Assembly: GCA_963823665.1 (NCBI GenBank)
Contig: CAWGMQ010000009.1
Coordinates: 1 to 25,219 of the forward strand
Origin: an uncultured Planctomycetota bacterium
GTDB taxonomy: Bacteria > Planctomycetota > Planctomycetia > Isosphaerales > Isosphaeraceae
Reading direction: 5' to 3'
DNA: 25,219 bases
Shown in pieces: positions 9,435 through 18,992 of the stretch (positions are counted from its first letter, which is position 1; the number at the start of each line of letters is the position of its first letter). The notes under the pieces were generated by a model. It was not told where the DNA came from and did no database searches. It worked only from the letters and a program-made list of their open reading frames with translations. Made by a program: the position numbers and the translations under genes.

Positions 9435-9869
9435 GCTTCCAAGGTACCCCGAAGTCCGCTCTTTGAACTGTTTCGCGCTGATCTTGGCTCCCCAGGTCGT
9501 CGGGATCTTGAGCAGCCGTTTGACTTCGTCGTACGACAGCCCCGCTTCGACCAGCTTCGTCATGGCCGGCAGAAACACGTCCACGAAGAAGCGGCCCATT
9601 TTGCTGGCGACTTGCTTATCGAACGACTCGGCCGTGATGGTGGTTTTTTTCTTCTTCTCGGCCGCTTCCTTCTGGGATTGGAATTCGTCGTGGTGATCTT
9701 TCCGGACACCGAGGCGTGCCTGCGCGCCCATGATCGCTGCCACCATGCTGCGCTGTTTCGCCTCGTTGTCGTCCAGCCCGCTCGAAAGCGCATGCGCGTA
9801 CGCGTAGGTGGCAAGGATATCGAACTTGCCGATGGAGACGTCGCCCTCGGGTTGGGTCTTTCTCGTCAA
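9420..9869 (-). CDS. Hypothetical soluble protein (149 aa), translationally coupled to the rhomboid
   Basis: TTG start overlaps the rhomboid TGA (TTGA); protein-like, mostly helical composition. Confidence 0.75.
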   Translation of the reverse strand: MTRKTQPEGDVSIGKFDILATYAYAHALSSGLDDNEAKQRSMVAAIMGAQARLGVRKDHHDEFQSQKEAAEKKKKTTITAESFDKQVASKMGRFFVDVFLPAMTKLVEAGLSYDEVKRLLKIPTTWGAKISAKQFKERTSGYLGSGKVS

Positions 9870-11173
9870 TCGTCCCCCTCCAGCTCGAGCACTCCCTCTT
9901 GTACCATGCGTTTGGCTTTGCCAGCGAGCTTCTCTCGAGCGGATTCAAGATCCGGCGAGAGGGCACCGGCGGGAATCTCCGCAAGCACGCGCAGTGCGGC
10001 CGCAGGGCGCTGGCGCTCGCGAATCAAGATCTGTGCGAGTTTGAGTCTCATCGCGGCAGATTCGTTGGGAAAGCACTGGCAGTGCTCGCGCATCAGGCGG
10101 ATCGAGTCGCCGAGAGCACCCTGGGCGTGCATGGCTTTGATCATGGCGTAGAGGTCGGGCTGGCTCGGCCAATCGAACAGAATGCGGGCCGACTTGTCGT
10201 AAGCCGCCAGGGCGCCGGGAATGTCTCCGTCGTTGATCAACGACTCCACCCGCCTGACAGCCGCGGCCGAGCGATCTTCCTGCTTGGGAGCAGGGGCGTC
10301 GCCGCCGTCATCTCGGTCGCGCCTGGGCCGCTTCCGCTTTTTGCTCGCCTTGACCGACGATCGTTCGCCCATCCGCTCGCGATCGAGCCGCTTGCCGCGC
10401 TGCTCCCAGTCATCGGCAAGCTTCCGCCGCTTGGCCCAGAGCGAGAATAAATCCCATTTCTCACAATCGACCAGGCCGGCCTTGAGCATGACGATCCCGA
10501 CCACCGCCCCCCAGAACGCACCCGAAAGATGGCCCAGCTCCGTGATCATCACTTTGCCGCCCAAAGATCCCCAAAAGACCAGCCCGAAGAGTTGTTCGCC
10601 GACGTAAAGCAGCGCCACGGTGGTGTAGTGCAGGTCCCAGTGAAACACAAACGTGCGGAATCCTAACAGAAGAATCGCGATGCAGTTCAGCTCGTTCCTG
10701 GGCGCCCAGATCATGCAGATCGCGAGCAGCCCGTACACGGCGGCCGAGGCTCCCGCGGCGTGCGCGCCCAGGCCCGACTTCACCAGAAATATCTGTGTAA
10801 ACGCCCCGTGCAGCGCTCCAATCGCCAGATAGGCGAGTAAGTATTTGACTGCCCCGAGCTTGCCTTCGACCACGATGCCGAACGCCCAGAGGAACACCAT
10901 GTTTCCCACCAGGTGAATCAGTCCGTAGTGCAGGAAGTTGTGCGTCACCCACTGGAGCGGGTGCAGTCGGCCGTCGCCGATCGCCAGCGAGTAGCGATCA
11001 AAGTTCGAAACGTGTTCCACGTTCACGACCACGTCGCCTTCCTCATCCAGTTCCGGTGCGCTTGGCACCGCCGGGACAGCGAAGGCGAGCACGACGTTCA
11101 GCACGATCAGCCCGACCGTGGCGTAAGGCCAGTGATAGATCGGAGCATCGGTACCAATTGGAATAATGATCAT
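9866..11173 (-). CDS. Rhomboid family intramembrane serine protease with a C-terminal helical (TPR-like) domain
   Basis: MIIIPIGTDAP...PYATVGLIVLN, THNFLHYGLIHLVGNMVFLWAFG, GASAAVYG (catalytic Ser), ELGHLSGAFWG (catalytic His). ATG 11173 is preferred over 11209. Confidence 0.92.
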   Translation of the reverse strand: MIIIPIGTDAPIYHWPYATVGLIVLNVVLAFAVPAVPSAPELDEEGDVVVNVEHVSNFDRYSLAIGDGRLHPLQWVTHNFLHYGLIHLVGNMVFLWAFGIVVEGKLGAVKYLLAYLAIGALHGAFTQIFLVKSGLGAHAAGASAAVYGLLAICMIWAPRNELNCIAILLLGFRTFVFHWDLHYTTVALLYVGEQLFGLVFWGSLGGKVMITELGHLSGAFWGAVVGIVMLKAGLVDCEKWDLFSLWAKRRKLADDWEQRGKRLDRERMGERSSVKASKKRKRPRRDRDDGGDAPAPKQEDRSAAAVRRVESLINDGDIPGALAAYDKSARILFDWPSQPDLYAMIKAMHAQGALGDSIRLMREHCQCFPNESAAMRLKLAQILIRERQRPAAALRVLAEIPAGALSPDLESAREKLAGKAKRMVQEGVLELEGDD

Positions 11174-11208
11174 GTTCAAAAGGCTCCGAACCGGATGTGG
11201 GCCGCGCA

Positions 11209-11237
11209 TTGACTCGGCGCGGTGCCGGCGTTACATT
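11209..11237 (+). promoter_or_regulatory. Putative sigma-70 promoter for the lipoprotein gene
   Basis: TTGACT-N17-TACATT. Confidence 0.45.
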
Positions 11238-11362
11238 CCAACTCCGTTGAGCGATAAAAGCAATTCGTCCCGATTTCGACTGGATTCCAGGGATTCGAAT
11301 ACCGTGGCACCGCGCTGCCCCGAATCGCGAGATTTGGTGCAGCTCCCAGGGAGGCATCACCA

Positions 11363-11965
11363 TTGTGCGCACTCGATAAATTACGGCGGATCTCCGCCGT
11401 TTGTGTTCTTCCATTGTTGTTCGGGCTCTCGGGATGCGGCGGCTCCGTCCCCGCGCCGACCGCCTACGTCTCGTATAACTCCACGGCCGGCTGGTTCGCG
11501 TGCGACTATCCCAAAGGCTGGGAAGTCTCAGACGGAGCCAAGCCCGAGTCGCCGTATTCCTCGACGAGGTTCACCTCGGGCAATGCCGAGATCCGCGTCG
11601 ATTGCGACTTTGCCGGCTCGCTGTTCGGCGATATTGCCAAGGCCGGTGGAGCAGGGGCCGGTGGCGATGCGGAAGCGCCTGTCGCCAAGGTTCACCCGCG
11701 CGGTGTTCGTCACATGAAGGAGGAGTACAGCAGCTACACGGAGCGCGAGCCCACGGTGTTCCAATCCAAGGGCCTGGGGGAGGGGCGCAAGGCCATCTGG
11801 ATCGCCGATCAGTCGTTGGGTGGCAAAATCTACGGCTACCGCGCCACGCTTCTGACAGGTGATCGCCGGATCACTGTCCTCACGTTTTGCCCTGCACCCA
11901 ACTGGCAGACTCTGAAGCCAGCATTTGACAAGTTCATCTTGGGCCTTCGTCGCGTCGGAGGCTGA
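11363..11965 (+). CDS. Putative lipoprotein (200 aa), possibly PsbP/DcrB-like fold
   Basis: GGAGG RBS then TTG; basic N-region, hydrophobic stretch, lipobox LSGC; F.CDYPKGW near the N-terminus and WQTLKPAFDKFI at the C-terminus. Confidence 0.8.
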   Translation: MCALDKLRRISAVCVLPLLFGLSGCGGSVPAPTAYVSYNSTAGWFACDYPKGWEVSDGAKPESPYSSTRFTSGNAEIRVDCDFAGSLFGDIAKAGGAGAGGDAEAPVAKVHPRGVRHMKEEYSSYTEREPTVFQSKGLGEGRKAIWIADQSLGGKIYGYRATLLTGDRRITVLTFCPAPNWQTLKPAFDKFILGLRRVGG

Positions 11966-11988
11966 CGCGCAACTCCGCACCAGAAACG

Positions 11989-13488
11989 TCAAGTCTTTCG
12001 CTTGCCGGTCAGCCTGAGAGCGAATTCGTGCTCACCGCCCACGTCCGTCAACCGTTGATCGCGGCCGTCGAAGAGGTACGTGAGGTCTTTGTGATTGAGC
12101 CCGAGCAGCTTGAGGATCGTCGCGTGAATGTCGTTCACATGCACGGGCTCCCGGACGGCTCGTAGTCCGAAGTCATCCGTCGAGCCGATCGCCTGGCCGC
12201 CCTTGGCTCCGCCGCCGGCAAACCACACCGTGAATCCATAAGGGTTGTGGTCGCGTCCGGCCGGCTTGTCGGGATAGCGGCCGTCGGCAACGGGAGTTCG
12301 GCCGAACTCGCCTCCCCAGATCACGAGCGTGTCCTCGAGCAGGCCCAGAGTGTTCAGGTCCGCAAGCAGCCCGGCGATCGGTCCGTCGACGCGATGGGCC
12401 ATGGATCGATGCGTCCCGTCGTTGTCCGCATGCGCTGCGTCCCAGTCGTCGGCCCCTGCGCCGCCCGTGAAGATCTGCACGAACCGAACGCCGCGCTCGA
12501 TCAGGCGGCGGGCCATCAGGCAGTTGGCACCGAATCTTGCGGACGTCCTGTCGTCCAATCCGTAAAGCTTGCGTGTCGCCGCGCTTTCACGGCTCAGGTC
12601 GACGGCATCCGGAACCGCGGACTGCATCCGGAATGCCAGCTCGTACGACGCGATTCGCGACGACAGTTCTTCGACTTCGCCTCCCCTGGCCGCGCGATGC
12701 TGATGGTTAAGCCACTGAACCAGATCGAGTACCTCGCGCTGGCCCGTGCCCGCGCGTCCGTCGAGTTCGTCGAGATAGAGCACCGGCGAGCCCGAATTTC
12801 GCAAGACCGTCGGCTGGTACGTGCCGGGCAAGAACCCTCGGTCATACACCGGCGGACCGCCCTTGAGCGCGCCCGTCGTCGTCATGACCACGAAAGCCGG
12901 CAGGTTCTCGCTCTCGCTGCCCAGGCCGTACGTGACCCAGGAGCCCAAGCACGGCTTGCCCATCCGCGCCGAGCCGGTGTTCAGCATGTACTGCGCCGGC
13001 GCATGATTGAACGACTCGTGATAGCACGAACGCACGACCGCCAGCAGATCGGCGCATTTCTGAAGTCGAGGATACGTGTCGGCGATCTCGAGCCCCGATG
13101 CGCCGCACTTGCGGAAGGTCTGGGGCGAGCCGAGCACCTTGGCGCTGGCCTTGGTGAACTGGAGCTGGAGCCCGGCACTGATGCTCGGCGGCAGCGGCTG
13201 GCCGTGATGTTTGGCCAGGAGCGGCTTGGGATCGAACGTGTCGATCTGGCTGGGCCCGCCCTGCATGAAGAGCGAGATTACACGCTTGGCTGTCGCGGGG
13301 AAGTGGGGCGGCTTGGGCGCGAGCGGGTTGTCGGCTTCGCGGGCTGATTCCTTCGCCATGAGCCCGTCGCGCCGCAAGAGGTCGAGCAGAGCCCAGGCGC
13401 CGAATCCGCCTCCTGCGCGGTGGAGCATGTCACGCCGCGAGATGGGCCGGAATGAGGTCAGTCCACAGCAATGCGGCTCTTCCTTCAT
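11989..13488 (-). CDS. DUF1501 domain protein (alkaline phosphatase/sulfatase-like), Tat-type leader
   Basis: SRRDML; AKRVISLFMQGGPSQIDTFDPKP; CLMARRLIERGVRFVQI; TLVIWGGEFGRTP; GRDHNP; GGAG RBS. Confidence 0.93.
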   Translation of the reverse strand: MKEEPHCCGLTSFRPISRRDMLHRAGGGFGAWALLDLLRRDGLMAKESAREADNPLAPKPPHFPATAKRVISLFMQGGPSQIDTFDPKPLLAKHHGQPLPPSISAGLQLQFTKASAKVLGSPQTFRKCGASGLEIADTYPRLQKCADLLAVVRSCYHESFNHAPAQYMLNTGSARMGKPCLGSWVTYGLGSESENLPAFVVMTTTGALKGGPPVYDRGFLPGTYQPTVLRNSGSPVLYLDELDGRAGTGQREVLDLVQWLNHQHRAARGGEVEELSSRIASYELAFRMQSAVPDAVDLSRESAATRKLYGLDDRTSARFGANCLMARRLIERGVRFVQIFTGGAGADDWDAAHADNDGTHRSMAHRVDGPIAGLLADLNTLGLLEDTLVIWGGEFGRTPVADGRYPDKPAGRDHNPYGFTVWFAGGGAKGGQAIGSTDDFGLRAVREPVHVNDIHATILKLLGLNHKDLTYLFDGRDQRLTDVGGEHEFALRLTGKRKT

Positions 13489-13504
13489 CACGGTTACTCC
13501 GTCT

Positions 13505-15539
13505 TCAGTCGATGTAGACGAACTCGTTGGCGTTGAAGAGCGCCAGACACATTTCAGCGACCGCCGCGTGCAAGCCGGCCGCGCCGGTGGATTTCTGCGC
13601 CGCCGTTCTCTGAGTGAGAAAATCGCGCAGGTGCTCCTTCTCTCGGGCTGTCGCGGCGCGGCCGAAGGCAAGCAGGCAGGCTCGCTCGACGATGCTCTCT
13701 GGCCGCGCGCCGTAGTCCCGCAAGAGCCGGTCGGCGAAAGCGGCCGACTGCTGGCGCGAGAGCGGGCTATTCAGTAGGACCAAGGCTTGCGCTGGGACGA
13801 TTGTGCTCATTCGCCGGGCGCAACTGGTCATCACTTCCGGCGGGTCGAAGGCGGAGAACGCGGGATAGACGAACGTCCGCCGCGCCAGAATGTACACGCT
13901 GCGCCGGTCGTGCTCCCGCGAGCCTTTCGTCACCGGCCATTTGTCCTGCGCATCGAAAAGCCCGGTGAGCTCTTCCTTCGTGAGCGGAGGAACAACCGGT
14001 GGACCGCCGGGGCGGAGGTTCAAGCGTCCCGAGCAGGCGAGCATCGCGTCACGAATTGCCTCGCCCTCAAGCCGGTGCCTGAGGAAGTGCCAGAGCAAAA
14101 CGTTCTCCGGATCGACCTTCTGCCCCGACACGGGGGCGGCGATGCTCGACATCCGGTAGGTGCTCGACGTGAGGATCAGCTTGTGCAGACGTTTCAGGCT
14201 CCAGCCGTGATCGACAAAGTTCCGGGTCAGCCATTCGAGCAGCTCGGGATGGCTGGGCGGCTCGCCTTGTGCCCCGAAGTCGCCCGGAGTGGTCACGATG
14301 CCCCGGCCGAAGTGCCAGCCCCAGACGCGGTTGACCAGCACTCGCGCCGTGAGCGGGTTATCGGGCGAGGTGAGCCAGAGCGCCAACCGGGCGCGGCGCT
14401 GCGACGATTCGACTGACGGCGGGCTCCCCGCTGCGCCGACCCGGCCCAGCGCGAGCGGAAAGCCCGGCTCGACAGCTTCGGCCGGCTTGCTCAGCTCGCC
14501 GCGGCCGAGCCGGCGAACCTCCAGCGGCCGATCGCGGTGAAAGAGAAAGTACCCGGCTTGATTCTCGGTCTTCACTTCGCAGCGCGGATCACTGAGCACC
14601 TCCTTGGGCACGGGAGCGTCCGACTGCATGCCATTGAGCGCCTTGATGCGATTGATCCTCACCTTGTCGGGAAACGGCCGGTCGCTGGCGGCGAAGATCG
14701 CCTGCATGGCATAGTAGTCGCGCTGACTGATCGGATCGTACTTATGGTTATGGCACCGCGCAGCCAAACGTGAGGCCGAGGAAGGCCGCGCCGGTCGTAT
14801 CCGCTGCGTCGGTCAGCCATTCCTGTTCGAGCTGTCCCAGCGCACTGGCTGACTCGGGCGTGACCGGCCCGACGCAATACAACATGGTGCCTGTCGGCGC
14901 GTCACGATCTCCGGGCCAGAGCTCGTCGCCCGCGACCTGCTCCTGGATGAAGCGGTCGAATGGCTTGTCCGAGTTGAGCGAGCCGATCACGTAGTCCCGA
15001 TATCGCCAGGCATGAGGATAGAACATATCAGCTTCGAACCCGGACGAGTCGGCGTATCGCACGACGTCGAGCCAGTGCCGCCCCCAACGCTCGCCGTATT
15101 GCGTCGATGCCAGCAGACGATCGACCAGCCGCTCGTAGGCGTCAGGCCGACGGTCGGCCTCGAATTGCTCGATCTCCTCCGGATCCGGCGGCAGCCCGAT
15201 CAGGTCGAATTTCACCCTGCGCAGCAGCGTGCGGCGGTCGGCGGCCATCGCCGGGCCGAGCCCAACACGCTCGAGCCGATCGATGACGAACGCATCGATC
15301 GGGTTTTTGATCCAGTCGCTGCTCCGCGGCGCCGGGACGGGTGGCAGACTGATCGGCCGGAACGACCAGTGGGTCTCGTCCTTGGCAACTGTGGGCTCGT
15401 CCGCGGCGGAGGGGCCGCCCGGTCCGGGAGGAACTAGTCCGCTCGCGATGATCCCCGCCAGGCCCAGCAAGAGCGCCAGGCCGCGGTGGCGACGCCGGTA
15501 GACGAGTGGAACGCTGGTCGTCGATTGAATGACCGGCAT
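13505..15539 (-). CDS. DUF1549 (PSCyt2) / DUF1553 (PSD1) protein (~678 aa; apparent frameshift at ~14762 within the CxxCH motif)
   Basis: HWSF, NPIDAF, LLRRVKFDLIGLPP, YGERWGRHWLDVVRYADS, FLGLTFGC/ARCHNHKYDPISQRDYY, NPLTARVLVNRVW, PSHPELLEWL, RRSVY, PAQALVLLN, NEFVYID. Confidence 0.93.
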
Positions 15540-15590
15540 GGCAAACTCCGGGAGGCGCCGGCGATGCGAATACGGTGGATGTCGTTGCCA

Positions 15591-15615
15591 GTGTCGCCCT
15601 TCGCTCCGCGAAGGG
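15591..15615. repeat. GC-rich hairpin (REP-like element or terminator)
   Basis: cccttcgc-tcc-gcgaaggg, a perfect 8-bp stem at 15597-15615, just downstream of the 15627 stop; no U-tract. Confidence 0.55.
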
Positions 15616-15626
15616 ATTCCCTCAAC

Positions 15627-15848
15627 TCAGAAATCCCCTGCCGACGGCCGTTTCTGCTGCCGGAGCGCGGGCCAATCGGCAAAAGCCAGGAAGAATAGCA
15701 GAAACAGATTTGCGAGCGGAATGAGGGCGAGCAGCGACAGTGCGCCTGCGAAGCCCGCCTTCGAGCAGATGCGCCATACCGGAAGGACGACCAGAATCGG
15801 CAAGGCGACGATCATCAGGAGCTCAAACGGGCCGATGTTTGGAACCAT
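15627..15848 (-). CDS. Small membrane protein (73 aa)
   Basis: AAGGAG RBS; hydrophobic segments with the pattern WRICSKAGF..ALSLL.LIPLAN...LAFADWP. Confidence 0.82.
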   Translation of the reverse strand: MVPNIGPFELLMIVALPILVVLPVWRICSKAGFAGALSLLALIPLANLFLLFFLAFADWPALRQQKRPSAGDF

Positions 15849-15959
15849 GGGAATCTCCTTGTCTCCGGCGGCGAGGGGGCGTTCAGAGTCAATGCTATCC
15901 AACCGGGCCGCCGAATTCGATCCACGCGCGGATCAAGAAGGGCGCCGAGGGATGGCTGA

Positions 15960-16538
15960 CGTCGCAACGAATTCACGGGCACGATCACGTACGACCCAAC
16001 GGCTCGTCCAAGCTACGGCCTCTCCATCGAAGGGTCGTCCCAGTTGATCTTCTCGAACTCGCCCTCCTACCCGGCGCCGTCGTTCGGCGGCTCAAACCTG
16101 ACTCTGAGCGTCGGTGGCCAGAGCGTCCTCGCGAATTCTGGGGGCATTCAGCTATCCGTGTCCGAGATTCAGTTCCCTGGACAGTTCGGCTACACCGATG
16201 CCGACGGCAATCCGCGCGGCCCGTCGACAACCGTCGGGTTTTCAACCGAGAATGCCCCTGGAAATCCGCTCGACGTCTGGGTGGGTCTGACGAATCCGAC
16301 TCGGGCGCCGTTTCCGTCGCTGGCAGTCCCCAGTGTGCTGAGTCTCGCAAACTTCCCGCAGGCTCAGCTCGAGGTCAGCGAGCTGACAAATCCCGGCTCC
16401 AAAACACTGTACGCACGCACCATCGACTCTCTCGTCGAGATTCCTGTTCCGGAGCCGGCATTTACAATTTTGCTCTGTCTGGCATCAACTGGTTAGTTTG
16501 CCAGACGGCACAAGTTGTCGCTTGCGCAATTGCGGTAA
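15960..16538 (+). pseudogene. PEP-CTERM protein remnant (no N-terminus; TAG inside the sorting signal)
   Basis: Frame opens after TGA 15957-15959 with EFTGTITYDP and ends VPEPAFTILLCLASTG*FARRHKLSLAQLR*; no signal peptide. Confidence 0.7.
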
Positions 16539-16577
16539 TCTGAACTACAACACGCGAATCCGTCGAGGAGCGATCCC

Positions 16578-17016
16578 ATGCGCCCCATCCGCTTCACCAT
16601 CGCTCAATCGATGGCGGCCGTGCTCGTGATCGCGTTCGGCTTCGCAGCGCTGCGAAATGCGAATGCCTACTGGGCGAGTGCGACCTATACTCTCGCGATC
16701 GCAATGCTGGCCGCGGCGGTTGCTGTTGCGATCGCTCGGAAAGGCCGGCGTCGCACGACCTGCGCGGCATTCGCCGTCTTCGGGTGGGCCTATCTGTTGG
16801 TCTCCGCGGCTCAATATTGGACCACCGCACGCACCAACCTTGCTGCTCGAGTGGGGAATCAATGCGATGGAACCGTTTATCACACCGACGGCGCCCGGAT
16901 CAAGTTTCGTTTACTATATCCAGGTCAGCCATTCGTTCGGCATTGTTCTCTTCGCCTCGATCGGGGGTGTCCTGGGCCACGTTCTGACCGCGAAGGACGA
17001 CTCGCCGGCCGCCTGA
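16578..17016 (+). CDS. Planctomycete-type membrane protein (~145 aa; apparent frameshift at ~16805)
   Basis: GAGGAG RBS; MRPIRFTIAQSMAAVLVIAFGFAALRN...FAVFGWAYLL continues in ORF 16657..17016 as PTLLLEW...YIQVSHSFGIVLFASIGGVLG. Confidence 0.75.
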
Positions 17017-17058
17017 GAAACGGTCGACGGTCCCTCGGGCGATGACGCTCTAGCGGAT

Positions 17059-17943
17059 CTACTGGTCCTCACCCGGATGGCGATCCGAACCATCCGCATC
17101 CTCCGGCCCGACGGACCGAACCCACGCATCGAGACCCGCCGGATCGATCTCGTCCGTCACCGGCTTCACGAGCGAAGCCGCCGAGCGGGCAGGGGGGTTC
17201 AGGAACCGGCGAAGCTGGAAGATCCAGCGCGTCAGCGATGCGAAGAAAAGGATCCCCAGGATGATGAGCGTCCAGCGGAGGGTTGGGTTCTCGCCGGGCT
17301 TGGGCGCCGGCTCGCTCGGCTGCCAGCCGATCCGGCCCACGAGCACGGGAGCCCGGTGCGCGGTGCCGTTTGCCTCGTACGTCATGAATTTGAGGAAGTA
17401 GCCGTTGAACACCACTCGCTCGGAGACATTGGCGCCGATCGGGAACCCCTCGGGGGCGTCTTCGAATATGCAGCAGAAAGGGGCTCGCCTGTTCTCGGGG
17501 GTGATCACCCATGCTTCGTAGAGCCAGTCTTTCGGGCTGAGCTTGGACGGGTAGCGCAGCACTTTCAGGGCGCTGCCCAGGATGTGGATCGGCACGCCGC
17601 GGTAGAGCTTGGGGGTTTCCCAGAGGTGGGTGAGCAAGACGTCGCGGCGGGCAACGGCGGCGATCTCCCCGGCCGCACGCCCGCGCGCACGCTCCAGCAG
17701 CAGCGAATAGGCGGCGTTGTCGCGGAACCCCATCGGCGTGCGGTCCGTCACCGTTTCGAATTCGATGGACTGGTCGGCCACGACCGGCTCGGGCTTTCCC
17801 GCGACCTTGAGCTCTTGCTCGGCGGCCTGGTTCAGCTTCGTTGCGTAATTCCAGACGAGGGTCCAGCCCACGATCGTGATCGCGGCGAGGAACAAGAGCC
17901 GGGGCAGCTCGGAGCCACGAAAGAAGCTCGAGGTCCGTTGCAC
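17059..17943 (-). CDS. Hypothetical protein with two TM helices flanking a soluble domain; last gene of the exb operon
   Basis: Starts 8 nt after the exbD stop; TM segments LLFLAAITIVGWTLVW and WTLIILGILFFASL; beta-rich middle (PKLYRGVPIHILG, RVVFNGYFLK). Confidence 0.85.
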   Translation of the reverse strand: MQRTSSFFRGSELPRLLFLAAITIVGWTLVWNYATKLNQAAEQELKVAGKPEPVVADQSIEFETVTDRTPMGFRDNAAYSLLLERARGRAAGEIAAVARRDVLLTHLWETPKLYRGVPIHILGSALKVLRYPSKLSPKDWLYEAWVITPENRRAPFCCIFEDAPEGFPIGANVSERVVFNGYFLKFMTYEANGTAHRAPVLVGRIGWQPSEPAPKPGENPTLRWTLIILGILFFASLTRWIFQLRRFLNPPARSAASLVKPVTDEIDPAGLDAWVRSVGPEDADGSDRHPGEDQ

Positions 17944-17951
17944 GGGTGGTC

Positions 17952-18458
17952 TTATTCTCCTTCCCCGGGTATCAGCTCTTCCCAGGAAATGTTGGGCGGC
18001 TTCTTGGCTTTGGAGAACGCGTTCATGAACGCGTTCACGACGCGCATGAACTCGGAATAGCGCAGCCGCGGGTCGACTTTGAGCAGGGTCTGCTCGAAGG
18101 GAAGATCCGGGTCGCTGAGGTATTTATCGAGCTCGGCCTCGAGTGCTTTGGTGTCTGTCGCCAGCGGCGTCTCGCCAACCACGATCTGGTCGAGGCGCCC
18201 GCCTGCGCCGGCCTTGAGCACGGTGGGCAGGGTGCGCAGGGTTGCCGGCAGGGTGTCCGCCGGCTTGTCGCTCGGTGCCTCCGCCGAGATCGCGGTCGCC
18301 GGCTGGGGCGGAAGCAGGTTCATCACGAACTGCCCCTCCGATGGCGCGGGCTTGTACGTGAGCACGAAGAACGTCAAAAGCTGGAACGCCATGTCCAGCA
18401 TCGGCGTGATGGGGACGTCAGGCCCCTCTGACTTCTGAATGTTCTTGCGTTCCGACAA
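17952..18458 (-). CDS. exbD: ExbD/TolR family biopolymer transport protein
   Basis: VPITPMLDMAFQLLTFFVL (conserved TM Asp); LLKVDPRLRYSEFMRVV; GGAGA RBS with TTG start. Confidence 0.92.
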   Translation of the reverse strand: MSERKNIQKSEGPDVPITPMLDMAFQLLTFFVLTYKPAPSEGQFVMNLLPPQPATAISAEAPSDKPADTLPATLRTLPTVLKAGAGGRLDQIVVGETPLATDTKALEAELDKYLSDPDLPFEQTLLKVDPRLRYSEFMRVVNAFMNAFSKAKKPPNISWEELIPGEGE

Positions 18459-18491
18459 GGCCGGTTCTCCGCCAGGGACTCAAACATGATC

Positions 18492-18962
18492 CTACGGTGC
18501 ATTCATTGCCTTCAATGCGAATTTCCGGAACCCGTTCGACTGGCAGCCCTTGATGAGCGGGATCACGGTTCCGAACGTCGCGTCTTTATCGGCGCGGAAG
18601 ATGATGGCCGTCGGCAGGGCGCCGGAAGCCGGAACCTTCGTGCCCGCGGCTTTCAGGTTGAGCCGGACGAGGTCTGCCTGGTGCTTGATGGTCTGGAGGG
18701 CCTGGTGCAAAGGCTGAACCTCGCCCGCGATCAGTAGATGGCCCTCGCTGTCGACGTTCAAGACCAGGCGGTCTTCGGAGACCTGCTCGGGCTCTTCGAT
18801 CGGACGGGCCGAGTCGGCGACGGGAAGATGCACGCGCTGATCGTAGTTCTCGCTGCTGAAGTTGATCACGAGCATGAAGAACGTGATCAACTGGAAGACC
18901 ACGTCGAGCAGTGGCGTCAGGTTCGGCTCGGCCTTCATCTTGTTGGACATCGACGCGGACAT
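18492..18962 (-). CDS. exbD: ExbD/TolR family biopolymer transport protein
   Basis: PNLTPLLDVVFQLITFFML; IIFRADKDATFGTV; GFRKFAL. Confidence 0.94.
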   Translation of the reverse strand: MSASMSNKMKAEPNLTPLLDVVFQLITFFMLVINFSSENYDQRVHLPVADSARPIEEPEQVSEDRLVLNVDSEGHLLIAGEVQPLHQALQTIKHQADLVRLNLKAAGTKVPASGALPTAIIFRADKDATFGTVIPLIKGCQSNGFRKFALKAMNAP

Positions 18963-18992
18963 GGGCTGGAACCTCTTCCTGCTTGGCCCGGG

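Noticed and set aside
7214..9466. 750-aa plus-strand ORF and similar long antisense ORFs (1320..2228, 12247..13347, 18738..20126)
   Set aside because: Antisense shadows of well-supported GC-rich genes, with no recognisable motifs.
11989..15539. DUF1553/DUF1501 pair as a novel system
   Set aside because: A known, highly paralogous planctomycete module; function is unresolved but nothing here is distinctive.
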